Virus record (IMG/VR): IMGVR_UViG_3300043173_000374
Location: 1 to 43,068 of that record
Length of the DNA: 43,068 nt
Source: a virus
Taxonomy: Duplodnaviria > Caudoviricetes
Reading direction: 5' to 3' (one strand)
Shown: positions 7,493 through 16,689 of the stretch, one piece after another
How the letters are laid out: each line of letters starts with the position of its first letter
How positions within the stretch are numbered: the first letter of the stretch is position 1
The notes under the pieces: model-generated
What the model was told of the DNA's origin: nothing
The model's input: the letters and a program-made list of their open reading frames with translations, nothing else
Databases searched by the model: none
Program-made: the position numbers and the translations under genes

Positions 7493-8401
7493 ATGGCAAT
7501 ACCTACTAATGCATTTACGACTTATGAATCCATAGGTCAAAGGGAAGATCTGATCGATGTTATTACGAACATTTCTCCCGTGGACACATGGTTCACATCA
7601 AACAGCGGAACCGTCAAGGCTAGTGGACGATTCCACGAATGGCAGACTGATGCTCTTGCAGCCGCAGCCGCCAACGCTGTAATAGAGGGCGACGAGGCAT
7701 CTGCGACGGCTATCACGCCATCTGAAAGGCTTGGCAACTACACGCAGATCCTCAGAAAGACCTTCTCTGTTACCGATACTGCCGACATGGTGGACAAGGC
7801 TGGCAGAGATTCTGAACTGAGCTATCAGGTACAGAAGAACCTTAAAGAGCTTGCGAGAGATATTGAGTACGCGCTCATCATCAACTCTGCGAGTGCTTCA
7901 GGTGCTTCCGGTACTGCAAGGCAGCTCAAGGGTGTTCTCGGCTACATAGCCACAACCAACACCACTGGTTCTGCTACAGGTACTCAAGTTCTTACAGAAG
8001 CCATGTTGAATGATAACCTGGCAGCTCTGTGGGCGCAAGGCGGTATGCCTTCCAATGTTCTTTGTGGAGCCTTCCAGAAACGGAAGATCAGTAACTTCTC
8101 AGTTAACACCAGGGACGTTGCCGCTGACGAGAAGAAGGTAACAAGGGCGATTGACATATATCAGTCCGACTTCGGCACTCTCGCTATCAGGCTCCACCAC
8201 CAGATGAACACCACTGCCGCTGACACGCTTATCGTACTCGGCGATATGGGTTTGTGGAAGAAGGCATGGTTGAGGCCGGTTGTCCAGCAGAAGCTTGCTA
8301 AGACAGGGGCTTCTACGAAGATGATGATCGAAGCAGAACTTTCTCTTGAGTCACGCCAGGAGAAAGGTTCAAGTAAGATCACGCTGCTTACAGTAACTTA
8401 A
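7493..8401 (+). CDS. Major capsid protein (DUF5309/SU10-like)
   Basis: GQREDLIDVITNISP, HEWQTD, NYTQILRK, KELARDIE and YQSDFG motifs; GGAGG RBS. Confidence 0.92.
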   Translation: MAIPTNAFTTYESIGQREDLIDVITNISPVDTWFTSNSGTVKASGRFHEWQTDALAAAAANAVIEGDEASATAITPSERLGNYTQILRKTFSVTDTADMVDKAGRDSELSYQVQKNLKELARDIEYALIINSASASGASGTARQLKGVLGYIATTNTTGSATGTQVLTEAMLNDNLAALWAQGGMPSNVLCGAFQKRKISNFSVNTRDVAADEKKVTRAIDIYQSDFGTLAIRLHHQMNTTAADTLIVLGDMGLWKKAWLRPVVQQKLAKTGASTKMMIEAELSLESRQEKGSSKITLLTVT

Positions 8402-8412
8402 ACCTTTAACTG

Positions 8413-8437
8413 AGGGGCCTTCGGGCCCCTTTACTTA
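8413..8437 (+). terminator. Intrinsic terminator after the capsid gene
   Basis: AGGGGCC-TTCG-GGCCCCT stem with a UUCG loop and a short T tail. Confidence 0.8.
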
Positions 8438-8442
8438 AAATT

Positions 8443-8745
8443 ATGATTATACAATCAAATAAAGTACAAGAGGGTTTGCAAAACATAATAGATCGAGGTG
8501 ATAAGCGTATTTTTCAGCACCTTGAGAACGTAACTCCTATGATGAAAACTGCTCAGGAGATGCGCGAACACTCTAATAACGGATGGACTGAGAAAAAGAG
8601 CATGAGGCATATTGCATCACTACCCAACATGATAGTGTTGAAATACCCTGAATTGCTTCAAGATCAGACAGGCGCACTTTTGAGGAAGTTTTTGCAAACT
8701 GAAGAAGGCATGAGATACGCCTGTGTAAGTCCAAGTACAATTTAA
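8443..8745 (+). CDS. Hypothetical protein
   Basis: 100-aa ORF after the capsid gene; MRHIASLP motif seen in small post-capsid proteins. Confidence 0.7.
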   Translation: MIIQSNKVQEGLQNIIDRGDKRIFQHLENVTPMMKTAQEMREHSNNGWTEKKSMRHIASLPNMIVLKYPELLQDQTGALLRKFLQTEEGMRYACVSPSTI

Positions 8746-8758
8746 GAAAGGGGAGAGT

Positions 8759-9553
8759 ATGAAAAGGGAACCAAGGAAGAGAACCGGCAGAAGAGATGTG
8801 AAGAGGAGAGCGGTACAAGAGGCACCAAAGCCCGTAGTTGAAGGCTCGGAAGCTTCGGTTGAGGAAGAGAAAGCACCGGCGCCAAAAGTGCCTGTCAAAA
8901 AGTCAAAAGAGGCGGACCCGTTTTTAGACGAGATATACGTCAAGAAGAGGATCGACATGGATTTGGACCATAGAAAGTATGTTGGTCCTAAAGATAAATT
9001 CGAAGTCGTAGGTAAGCATCAATTCGAGGTGATGATAGAATCCGGGCTCAAAGCTTCAAGCTCATTGCTAGACATAGGCTGTGGCGCTATGCGAGGCGGT
9101 AAGTTCTTCCTGGAGTTTCTTGATGAAGGAAACTATTGTGGCATTGACCCAAACAAGGCCCTTCTTAGGAAGGGGCTGTTTGCGGAAGTTGAAGAGGAAG
9201 TTGCAAGAAGCAAAAAACCTTCTTTTAAACACAACGACAATTTCAATCTGTCCATATTTGACAGGGAATTTGACTTCATAGTAGCGCAGGCTATTTTCGC
9301 CCATGCAGCAGAAGATCAGATTGTTGCTTGCTTGAAGTCTGCACATGACGTACTGGCACCGGGAGGGAAGTTTGTTTTCAACTACTTTCTCGGCGAGAGT
9401 GACTATGCAGGCAAAGAGTGGGTGTACCCATGCTGCACCAAGTATACCGAGCTAAAGATGCTTGAGTTCGTAAGAAAGGCGGGTTTTGATATCGAAAGTA
9501 ATGTTTTTAAACACCCGGTCGGGCTGGTATGGATAGTAGCAAGAAAACAATAG
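8759..9553 (+). CDS. Class I SAM-dependent methyltransferase with charged N-terminal extension
   Basis: LLDIGCGAMRGG motif I, FDFIVAQAIFAH, VLAPGGKF. Confidence 0.88.
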   Translation: MKREPRKRTGRRDVKRRAVQEAPKPVVEGSEASVEEEKAPAPKVPVKKSKEADPFLDEIYVKKRIDMDLDHRKYVGPKDKFEVVGKHQFEVMIESGLKASSSLLDIGCGAMRGGKFFLEFLDEGNYCGIDPNKALLRKGLFAEVEEEVARSKKPSFKHNDNFNLSIFDREFDFIVAQAIFAHAAEDQIVACLKSAHDVLAPGGKFVFNYFLGESDYAGKEWVYPCCTKYTELKMLEFVRKAGFDIESNVFKHPVGLVWIVARKQ

Positions 9554-10101
9554 TCGTTCTCGGCTGCTATCGCGGAGGCACCTCGATGGTGGCAGGAGTG
9601 CTTCGCTGCCTCGGCATCTTTATGGGACACCGTTTTGGCGAAGAAGCCGGGGGTAGCAATCATGAGGACCTGGACTTTCAACAGTCCGGACCACCAAGAC
9701 TGAGAAAGCTCATCGATGGGCGTAATGCCGAACTAGACGTATGGGGGTGGAAAGACCCCGGCGCTATTTTTAACATCGAAGAGGTATGCAAAGATTTGAG
9801 AAATCCGTACTTCATTACTGTTTTCAGAGATCCGTATGCCATAGCTCTCAGCGAAGAGAAGCATAACCAAAGAGACATCGCTACCGGCCTGAGAGTGGCC
9901 GTAGGGCATCTGAGTAAGCTTGCGTACTTCAAGGTCAGTTATCCACAGTATAAGAACATGGCTGTGAGCTATGAGAAGGCTATTGCTAACAAGACCAAAA
10001 CAGTCGATGACCTGATAATGTACCTCGGCATATCAGTATCGTCGGACCAAAGGCAAAAGGCTATTGATTTTATACAGCCGGAAAGGTATGTAAAACTATG
10101 A
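9529..10101 (+). CDS. Sulfotransferase-family protein
   Basis: IVVLGCYRGGTS (5'-PSB-like loop), WGWKDP, VFRDP, VSYE. Confidence 0.8.
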   Translation: MDSSKKTIVVLGCYRGGTSMVAGVLRCLGIFMGHRFGEEAGGSNHEDLDFQQSGPPRLRKLIDGRNAELDVWGWKDPGAIFNIEEVCKDLRNPYFITVFRDPYAIALSEEKHNQRDIATGLRVAVGHLSKLAYFKVSYPQYKNMAVSYEKAIANKTKTVDDLIMYLGISVSSDQRQKAIDFIQPERYVKL

Positions 10102-11198
10102 ACATCACTTATTTCGGAGCAGACGACGGAGCTTGCGGGTATTACCGTGCGCAGCTTCCTATGAGTAAGTTAGCAGAGAAAAAAGCATCTAAGATCTTTA
10201 AGATCGAGAAAGCAAGTACGATTGAACAACTTGATTTCGGGCTCACAAATGGTGAGGTTATCTTTTGTCCACATCTTTCTGATGAGCGTATCATAAGCGT
10301 GATGAAAGAAGTGCAGAAAGACGGCAAGAAGATGGTCGTTGATTTTGATGATGATATATTCAACATATCTCCACTGTCGCCGCATTACGAAGAGTGCGGT
10401 ATTGAGAATGTACAAATTGGAACCCCCGACGGGAAGGCGATACCCCTTTGGGTAGATGGCGAGAAAGGTTTTGATATTCAGCGGAACAAAGACCACCTTG
10501 AAAGGATCAAAGAAGCTATATCTATGGCTGATATGGTAACAACCACTACGGACCTCCTGGCGGATCGATTCAGAGAGTTCAATGATAAAGTAGAGGTGCT
10601 ACCAAACTGTGTTGATACTGACCTCTGGCAGCCCCTTGACATAAAGCGTAAGAATGACGAGATCCGTCTGTATTGGTCGGGTGGTAGCAGTCATTACGAA
10701 GATTGGCTTCTTCTGCAAGATGTATTGCCTGAGATCATGCATAAGTATAAGAACGTGAAGCTGGTCTTAATGGGGCACCACTTTAAAGGCACCACGAAAG
10801 GCATCCCGGAGAAAAGAATCGAGTACCACCCTTGGGTTTCTATGGCGGCGTACCCGTACAAGTCGGCTATTCTCAATCCAGATATAGCGATCATACCTTT
10901 GCAGGATAATGCTTTCAACAGGCATAAGTCAGCTATTAAATGGACAGAGATGGGCGCCTTGGGAGTGCCTTCGGTTGTGAGCTATGTCAGCCCTTACAAA
11001 GAGGTAGACAATGGTGAGAATGCGGTATTCATAGAGGCCAATGATCCCGAAGGATGGATAGCGGGCATCTCTATGCTCATAGAGGACAGCATTTTGCGAA
11101 ATAAGATCGGAGGAGAGGCAAGACAAACCGTTTTCAGTAAATTTGACATTAACAAGCGCTGTTACGATTGGGTACGCGCTTATAGGAGTATACGCTAA
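10098..11198 (+). CDS. Glycosyltransferase (GT-B fold, GT4-like)
   Basis: YYRAQLP, VDFDDD, VLPNCVD and DIAIIPL..NAFNRHKSAIKWTEMGALGVPSVVS. Confidence 0.9.
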   Translation: MNITYFGADDGACGYYRAQLPMSKLAEKKASKIFKIEKASTIEQLDFGLTNGEVIFCPHLSDERIISVMKEVQKDGKKMVVDFDDDIFNISPLSPHYEECGIENVQIGTPDGKAIPLWVDGEKGFDIQRNKDHLERIKEAISMADMVTTTTDLLADRFREFNDKVEVLPNCVDTDLWQPLDIKRKNDEIRLYWSGGSSHYEDWLLLQDVLPEIMHKYKNVKLVLMGHHFKGTTKGIPEKRIEYHPWVSMAAYPYKSAILNPDIAIIPLQDNAFNRHKSAIKWTEMGALGVPSVVSYVSPYKEVDNGENAVFIEANDPEGWIAGISMLIEDSILRNKIGGEARQTVFSKFDINKRCYDWVRAYRSIR

Positions 11199-12103
11199 TG
11201 GCCGCACCGACTATGCCTACGTCTGCTACGATCATCGAAGAAGGCGCTAAAAAGGCACTCAGAGATAGTATTCCAGCAGACGTAACTACAAGAGGTACTT
11301 TATGGCTTGAAGAGATAAAGAATGATCTCGTAGCCATATTCGGAGCGAAAAAACTTGAGTTCTTACAAAGCTCAAGGGTGTTAGCGTTGACAGACGGACT
11401 TTCGACGTATTCGCAGCCTGCCGATTTCTATTCAAATATGTCGATGGTTTTGATCGATGGCGAGGAGCAAGGTACAGCGCAGGCCGGGGATACCAACAAA
11501 CTCACACTTGCTTCGGCATCGACGATAAGCGCTGCGGACATGATTGGCAAAAAGATATACACAACAGGAGGTACAGGCCCTAATCAGGTAGGGCAATGCA
11601 TTGCGTATGACTTCTCAACGAAAGTGGCTATAATAAGCGGCACCTGGGGCGCCACTCCTGATAATACTACAACTTACCTGGTGGCTAACTCGTACCGACC
11701 GCTAACTGAGACACCTTTATGGGAGTTTAAATACCTCGAAAATCCTACGATTAAAGATAGACCTCGACTCTATTCACCAAAGGGCTCCGCAGATAACGGT
11801 GAATTTGAACTGTATCCCGTACCTTACAGGAATGTGACGGGGTTTGTATACGTGATTGAGCAAAAATATTACGCCGATTTAATGGAGCTGGACCTGTCGG
11901 GAACGCTCATAGGTACTTTGTATAAAAGATGGCGCAATATGTGGGTGCAGGGAGTGTTTGCCAAAACACTTGAAAGCACAGAAGATGCAAGAGCTGACCG
12001 CGAAATGCAAAATTATCGAGGCATGGTGCAGGCTATCGCTGTGCGGGAAACGTATGGCGGCGATCTTTCGAACATGAACATAACTGTATCGGACTATAGT
12101 TAA
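11198..12103 (+). CDS. Head-tail adaptor / tail tubular protein A-like, with inserted beta domain
   Basis: YSQPADF and FELYPVP motifs typical of adaptors; central GGTGPNQVG insert. Confidence 0.7.
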   Translation: MAAPTMPTSATIIEEGAKKALRDSIPADVTTRGTLWLEEIKNDLVAIFGAKKLEFLQSSRVLALTDGLSTYSQPADFYSNMSMVLIDGEEQGTAQAGDTNKLTLASASTISAADMIGKKIYTTGGTGPNQVGQCIAYDFSTKVAIISGTWGATPDNTTTYLVANSYRPLTETPLWEFKYLENPTIKDRPRLYSPKGSADNGEFELYPVPYRNVTGFVYVIEQKYYADLMELDLSGTLIGTLYKRWRNMWVQGVFAKTLESTEDARADREMQNYRGMVQAIAVRETYGGDLSNMNITVSDYS

Positions 12104-12104
12104 T

Positions 12105-14570
12105 ATGGCTGTAAAAGTAATACCCATAAAAACGATACCCTTTGTAGGGGGCATAGATTTAAACCATGAGCCTGTAGCTCTCCCTAATGGCGGTATCTCG
12201 GAAGAAAAGAATCTTCGCCCTCGAAGGCCAGGGAAAGAGTCTCGGTTAGGGCAAGCGAAGCACCATACTACGACAGCTTATAGCGCTAAAGATATAGTCA
12301 GCGCCTATGGCTTTTCTAAATCGAGGCTCACTGAAAACCATCTTTTTGCTCAGTATAGCGATGGCAGTGTAGACATAGCGACGGACAACCCACCTACGGT
12401 GACGACAGGGGATTTCGGGACTTCCGCGCTTTCTGCAAGAACGAATCCTTGGCCCGCGAGTTGGGCTAAGTTTGAGGACATGCTGGTATACGCTGATGGC
12501 TCTAGCACATCTGGCGCAGGCATGGCTCAGATATACACAGGTCAGAACATGAAGCCTGTATTCTTCAACGTATATAGGGGGGTGGCCCTCACTATACCTG
12601 ACATACCAGAAGAAGGAGCCGACTACACTCAAGAGGTGACAGACGGCCTGGGCTCAACTACCGCTGATTTAAGTAGTTTAGGCATATTTACCGATGAGGA
12701 TGCTCTTTTTATTGGGTTTGACACCCCTATTAATAAGTTAACATTTACGGTTGTAGACACTAATAATTGGATTACTACTGCCGCAGTAGCTTATAGGAAA
12801 GACGACAGCACATGGGCTAATGTGTCCGGGTTTAGCGATGGGACTTCGGCGGCCAGTAAGTCTTTAGCACAGTCCGGAGATATGGTATGGACTGCGCCAA
12901 CAGATGAAATCCCGCACTATTCCTTCGGGCGGAGCTGTTTTATATATAGAATTGTTTTCGACAATGTGGGATTGGATGCCGCAGTTAGCTTGTCCGCAAT
13001 AACAGGAGAATACACCGGCGGTTTTCAGCCTATTCAAAACGTATGGGACGGCATAATGCCTGATGCTACGGTAGCCTTAGTAAACGATACCTCAGCAGGG
13101 ACCTTTGCTACATATTCATCGCAAGCTATTTTATGCGGGGATCTTGCGGCGGCTGACTTTATATACATAAGCTCTCCTGATAGGCTCTTTGGCCTGTATT
13201 TAGATGTAGGCGGTACGCCAAACACAACACCTACGACTGTCATAAATGGGGTTGCAACATGGACAGGGGAAGCGTTTACAGCGTTATCAACGCTAAATGA
13301 TGGTTCTAATGGCGGTGCGAATACAGCTTTTGTAACATGGCAAAGAAATGATAACATCAGAAAACTTAACTTTAATGGAACGGTTGAACACGCGTACTGG
13401 TATAAGATAAGTTTTGACAAAGCGTTAACCAGTAGTCTTTCATGGGCGATAGCTGTTTTGCCTTATTTTGAAATAGATGAGATATTCCCTATAGTGCAAG
13501 CTGTCGCGTCGTGGGACAATAGACTGTGGTACTGTTTTAACGATAATCAACTCCACGGGACTGACATAAGAAAACCCATGTCTTTAAACGGCGACAACTA
13601 TGTGCTGATAGAGGCAGCAAAGCACTCTAAGAACAAAGTTATATGCATGAGGCGATTCTACCAGTATCTCCTCACATGGGGGGAGGAGAAAGGGGAAGAC
13701 GGGGGGTTTTTCAGCATAATACAACCCGGAGCTACAGCCGCAGGATATGACTCACAGGTTGTGTCTGAAAGAATCGGCATTGTGAACAACAAATGTGCTG
13801 TTATAATTGAAGATGCTAAAATGCAAGATTTGAACACACTAACGCCAGTAAGAAAAGGTGTGTACTTTCTATCAAAAGAAGGGGTGTTTAAATCCGACGG
13901 CGCTACTCTTATCAATCTTTCCGGGGGAATACAAAACTATTTCGATCCTACCAGGAGTGAGGTCATACGTAGAGGGTACGAGAAAGAACATTTTCTCGCA
14001 TGGGATTCAGCATATAGGATTTTGAGATTAGGATTAGTAAGTGGGGGGAGCGCTATAGTACCTAATGTTTTCTTTACTTTTGACCCGTCTAACGACACCT
14101 GGCACCAAGACGTTCTTGGCCAGCCGTTATCCTGCATGATTGAAGTAGATGGGGCGTCAGGGGATCTCCCCGTACTTCAGTACGGAGGTGGACAGGATGG
14201 CTTCATGTATAGGCTCAACACAACCGATGACGATGTTTCGATAGCCATAGATAAATCTATAAAGATTGAACTTGATGGTGAAGGGCATAAGCTGATGCTA
14301 CGCGAGATGGTCGTTATTATGAAAGACCAAACCGCAGGGGATTTAATAGTGGATATCTTTCGCAAGGGGGAAACCGCCGCAGCGTTCACCAAAACACTTG
14401 CGATGCAGAACGCAAGTTCTGACTATAAAGGGCATAGATTTAAGTGCGAAAGTGTAACAGGAGATCATTTAACAGTACGTTTTAGAAACAATACGATCAG
14501 CCAGCCAGTGAATTTGCTCAAGTACGGCTTTGACATCGTTAGATCTGAAAACGGCGTGGTGTATGATTAA
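12105..14570 (+). CDS. Tail nozzle / stabilisation protein (tubular B, P22 gp10-like)
   Basis: FVGGID N-terminus and beta-propeller-like motifs (WDNRLW, GVYFLSKEGVF); follows the adaptor. Confidence 0.72.
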   Translation: MAVKVIPIKTIPFVGGIDLNHEPVALPNGGISEEKNLRPRRPGKESRLGQAKHHTTTAYSAKDIVSAYGFSKSRLTENHLFAQYSDGSVDIATDNPPTVTTGDFGTSALSARTNPWPASWAKFEDMLVYADGSSTSGAGMAQIYTGQNMKPVFFNVYRGVALTIPDIPEEGADYTQEVTDGLGSTTADLSSLGIFTDEDALFIGFDTPINKLTFTVVDTNNWITTAAVAYRKDDSTWANVSGFSDGTSAASKSLAQSGDMVWTAPTDEIPHYSFGRSCFIYRIVFDNVGLDAAVSLSAITGEYTGGFQPIQNVWDGIMPDATVALVNDTSAGTFATYSSQAILCGDLAAADFIYISSPDRLFGLYLDVGGTPNTTPTTVINGVATWTGEAFTALSTLNDGSNGGANTAFVTWQRNDNIRKLNFNGTVEHAYWYKISFDKALTSSLSWAIAVLPYFEIDEIFPIVQAVASWDNRLWYCFNDNQLHGTDIRKPMSLNGDNYVLIEAAKHSKNKVICMRRFYQYLLTWGEEKGEDGGFFSIIQPGATAAGYDSQVVSERIGIVNNKCAVIIEDAKMQDLNTLTPVRKGVYFLSKEGVFKSDGATLINLSGGIQNYFDPTRSEVIRRGYEKEHFLAWDSAYRILRLGLVSGGSAIVPNVFFTFDPSNDTWHQDVLGQPLSCMIEVDGASGDLPVLQYGGGQDGFMYRLNTTDDDVSIAIDKSIKIELDGEGHKLMLREMVVIMKDQTAGDLIVDIFRKGETAAAFTKTLAMQNASSDYKGHRFKCESVTGDHLTVRFRNNTISQPVNLLKYGFDIVRSENGVVYD

Positions 14571-15531
14571 CCCATGGATCTCAAGAAACTTCTCACAACG
14601 TATGCGGTGGAGCAGTGCCAGAGACTATCCACCTAAGAGAAAGAAGCCTTGGAGAAACCTGGGGTTTTTGGAAATGGAAGGTATACATTTCCTGCATTTT
14701 GAGGAGCCCTGGACAGACCCGTTAACTGATCCGGCATTGCCGCCTGATCCGGGCATACCGCAAGGACCTGTGCCGGACCCTGAATGCGCGGGGCCAAGAA
14801 ATCTGTGGGTGCTTGCCAACCCGTCGAGTATTGATTGCGATGTGGACCAGGGCTTTACCTTGATTATTAGCCCTGATTTCAAATGTATCGAGATTACACA
14901 ATTAAACCAATTCGACGGGCCGGGGATTGATGACCCACCAACGGAAATAGAAAGAGGGTGCGACGATGCGGCATTTATAACGATAGCGGTAACTGACTGC
15001 TTATGCGGCGGCGTGGCTACGGTAGATATATTTACAGAGAATTGTGATGTTGATTGTGCGGGGTACGCGGTAGACGGCCCTGATAGAATAGGAGGGGCGG
15101 GTTTTTACGATTATTCGGTAAACGTCGGTGGCGAAACTACCTGGTCTGTAAGCGGAACGGGAGTCACTATCGACAGCAAATCAGGGCGAGTCACCGCTAC
15201 TGGCAATGTTTGCGGAGTGATAACGATAACTGCCAGTAATAAATGCTGTGGCGAGGCATCATTCCTTGCTCAAGCAGCCAGTGGCTTTTACGATGTGGTT
15301 ACAAGGGGCAGAGGGTCTTGTGACGCTTGCAACCCTTATAACGGAATTGTGAAGGATTGGAGTACAGCCGATGATTATTTTCCTTTGCAATATACAATCG
15401 CTTTAGGCCCTTGCGATGTAAGCGGTCTAGTAAGCTGTGTACCTCAAGGTACTCATGAAATTGGGTCGGCATTTTATTCCGGCGATTTCTGGGAGCATCA
15501 TACTAAATCAATATGGAAGTGTCCACCATGA
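14563..15531 (+). CDS. Cys-rich protein with Ig-like segment, probably virion-associated
   Basis: About 16 Cys; WSVSGTGVTIDSKSGRVTA Ig-like motif; Pro-rich linker. Confidence 0.65.
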   Translation: MINPWISRNFSQRMRWSSARDYPPKRKKPWRNLGFLEMEGIHFLHFEEPWTDPLTDPALPPDPGIPQGPVPDPECAGPRNLWVLANPSSIDCDVDQGFTLIISPDFKCIEITQLNQFDGPGIDDPPTEIERGCDDAAFITIAVTDCLCGGVATVDIFTENCDVDCAGYAVDGPDRIGGAGFYDYSVNVGGETTWSVSGTGVTIDSKSGRVTATGNVCGVITITASNKCCGEASFLAQAASGFYDVVTRGRGSCDACNPYNGIVKDWSTADDYFPLQYTIALGPCDVSGLVSCVPQGTHEIGSAFYSGDFWEHHTKSIWKCPP

Positions 15532-16013
15532 TTAATAATAATATGAATATGCTGAAAAGCATGGTTAATATTTTTGACTATGAAGAGTATTCAGCTAAAT
15601 GCAAAGAGAAACAAGTCCCTATTAATTACATGCAACAATTCTGTGTGGGAATAGGAGTATTATTAGTCGGGAGGGATAAATACCCTGATTTAGATTGGCA
15701 GGAAGCCTACACCCGAATGTTTGATGATATGAACGAGGCAGAGGAAAAGGCGCCCGAGGGGGGCTGTGAAAGGAAAGAAAGTCATTTGCCCTCGCATTTA
15801 CAACAAGCAAAGAACTTGATAGGTGCGACAGTTCGCCATGTTAGGGCAGGGCTACCGATGGTCGATGATGCCGAATATAGCAGAAGATTAAAGATATGCA
15901 GTAGTAACGAATGTGGCAAACTTGTTAAAAACTTCAGGTGTTTAGCCTGTGGCTGTTATATGAAAACTAAAGCCCGATGGGCCGAAGAAAAATGTAAATT
16001 AAATAAATGGTAG
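15513..16013 (+). CDS. Cys-motif protein (DUF6171-like C-terminus)
   Basis: RRLKIC..C...RCLACGCYMKTKA...CKLNKW. Confidence 0.6.
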   Translation: MEVSTMINNNMNMLKSMVNIFDYEEYSAKCKEKQVPINYMQQFCVGIGVLLVGRDKYPDLDWQEAYTRMFDDMNEAEEKAPEGGCERKESHLPSHLQQAKNLIGATVRHVRAGLPMVDDAEYSRRLKICSSNECGKLVKNFRCLACGCYMKTKARWAEEKCKLNKW

Positions 16014-16022
16014 GAGGTTAAC

Positions 16023-16679
16023 ATGGCATCATTTACAGGGGCACTTATAAAAAATGCAGCTCCTAAAACTTTAGGTGCAGACGTAAGAGATCCTTCGAGC
16101 ATAAATGTGAGCGCGGGGAGTTCAGGCGGAGCTACATTCACCCCCCAGGCATTTGATTCTGGAAAGCTAAAAGCTTTTCAGCAGGAAGCTTTGGCACCTG
16201 GAGTGAGCCAGATAAGGCGACAGATCCGAGAGATACAAGCGGGAAGGTTTTCAAGTCCTACGGCAAGAGCCGAAGCGTTAAGGGCGGCGGTCAGAGGCGG
16301 CGGGGAGGCACTTGCTCCTTTACAGGCTTCAGCAGCGCAGATGGCTATGGCAAGATTTCTTCCTGAATTTGAACAAAAGGTTTTGATGGAGAAATTAAGG
16401 TTCGCGGAAGAGCAGAGGCAGTCAGAGGAAGAAGAGGCGCAGATAGCGGAAGTTGTCGCGGGGTACACCCCAGGGCCGTTTGACCCCGCCGGGGCCTCGG
16501 CCAACAGAGAGCGTATCGCCAACGCCCTCGGAGGCGGCGGGCCTCTCACTAAAGTAACGGGGCTGACAGAGGCAAGTAGAAGGCCGATAACTGATGCAGT
16601 AAGCGAACCTTCACTACTTGAGGAAACCGCTTCTGGAGGAACCTCTCTCGGCTTTAATCCAAATTGGGCGACTATATAA
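16023..16679 (+). CDS. Putative ejection / internal virion protein
   Basis: Ala/Gly/Gln-rich and helical; GGAGG RBS; position after the nozzle. Confidence 0.6.
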   Translation: MASFTGALIKNAAPKTLGADVRDPSSINVSAGSSGGATFTPQAFDSGKLKAFQQEALAPGVSQIRRQIREIQAGRFSSPTARAEALRAAVRGGGEALAPLQASAAQMAMARFLPEFEQKVLMEKLRFAEEQRQSEEEEAQIAEVVAGYTPGPFDPAGASANRERIANALGGGGPLTKVTGLTEASRRPITDAVSEPSLLEETASGGTSLGFNPNWATI

Positions 16680-16689
16680 GGAGAACGAT

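Noticed and set aside
8380-8445. Programmed frameshift or readthrough extending the capsid protein
   Set aside because: No slippery heptamer precedes the TAA, and a terminator hairpin follows directly.
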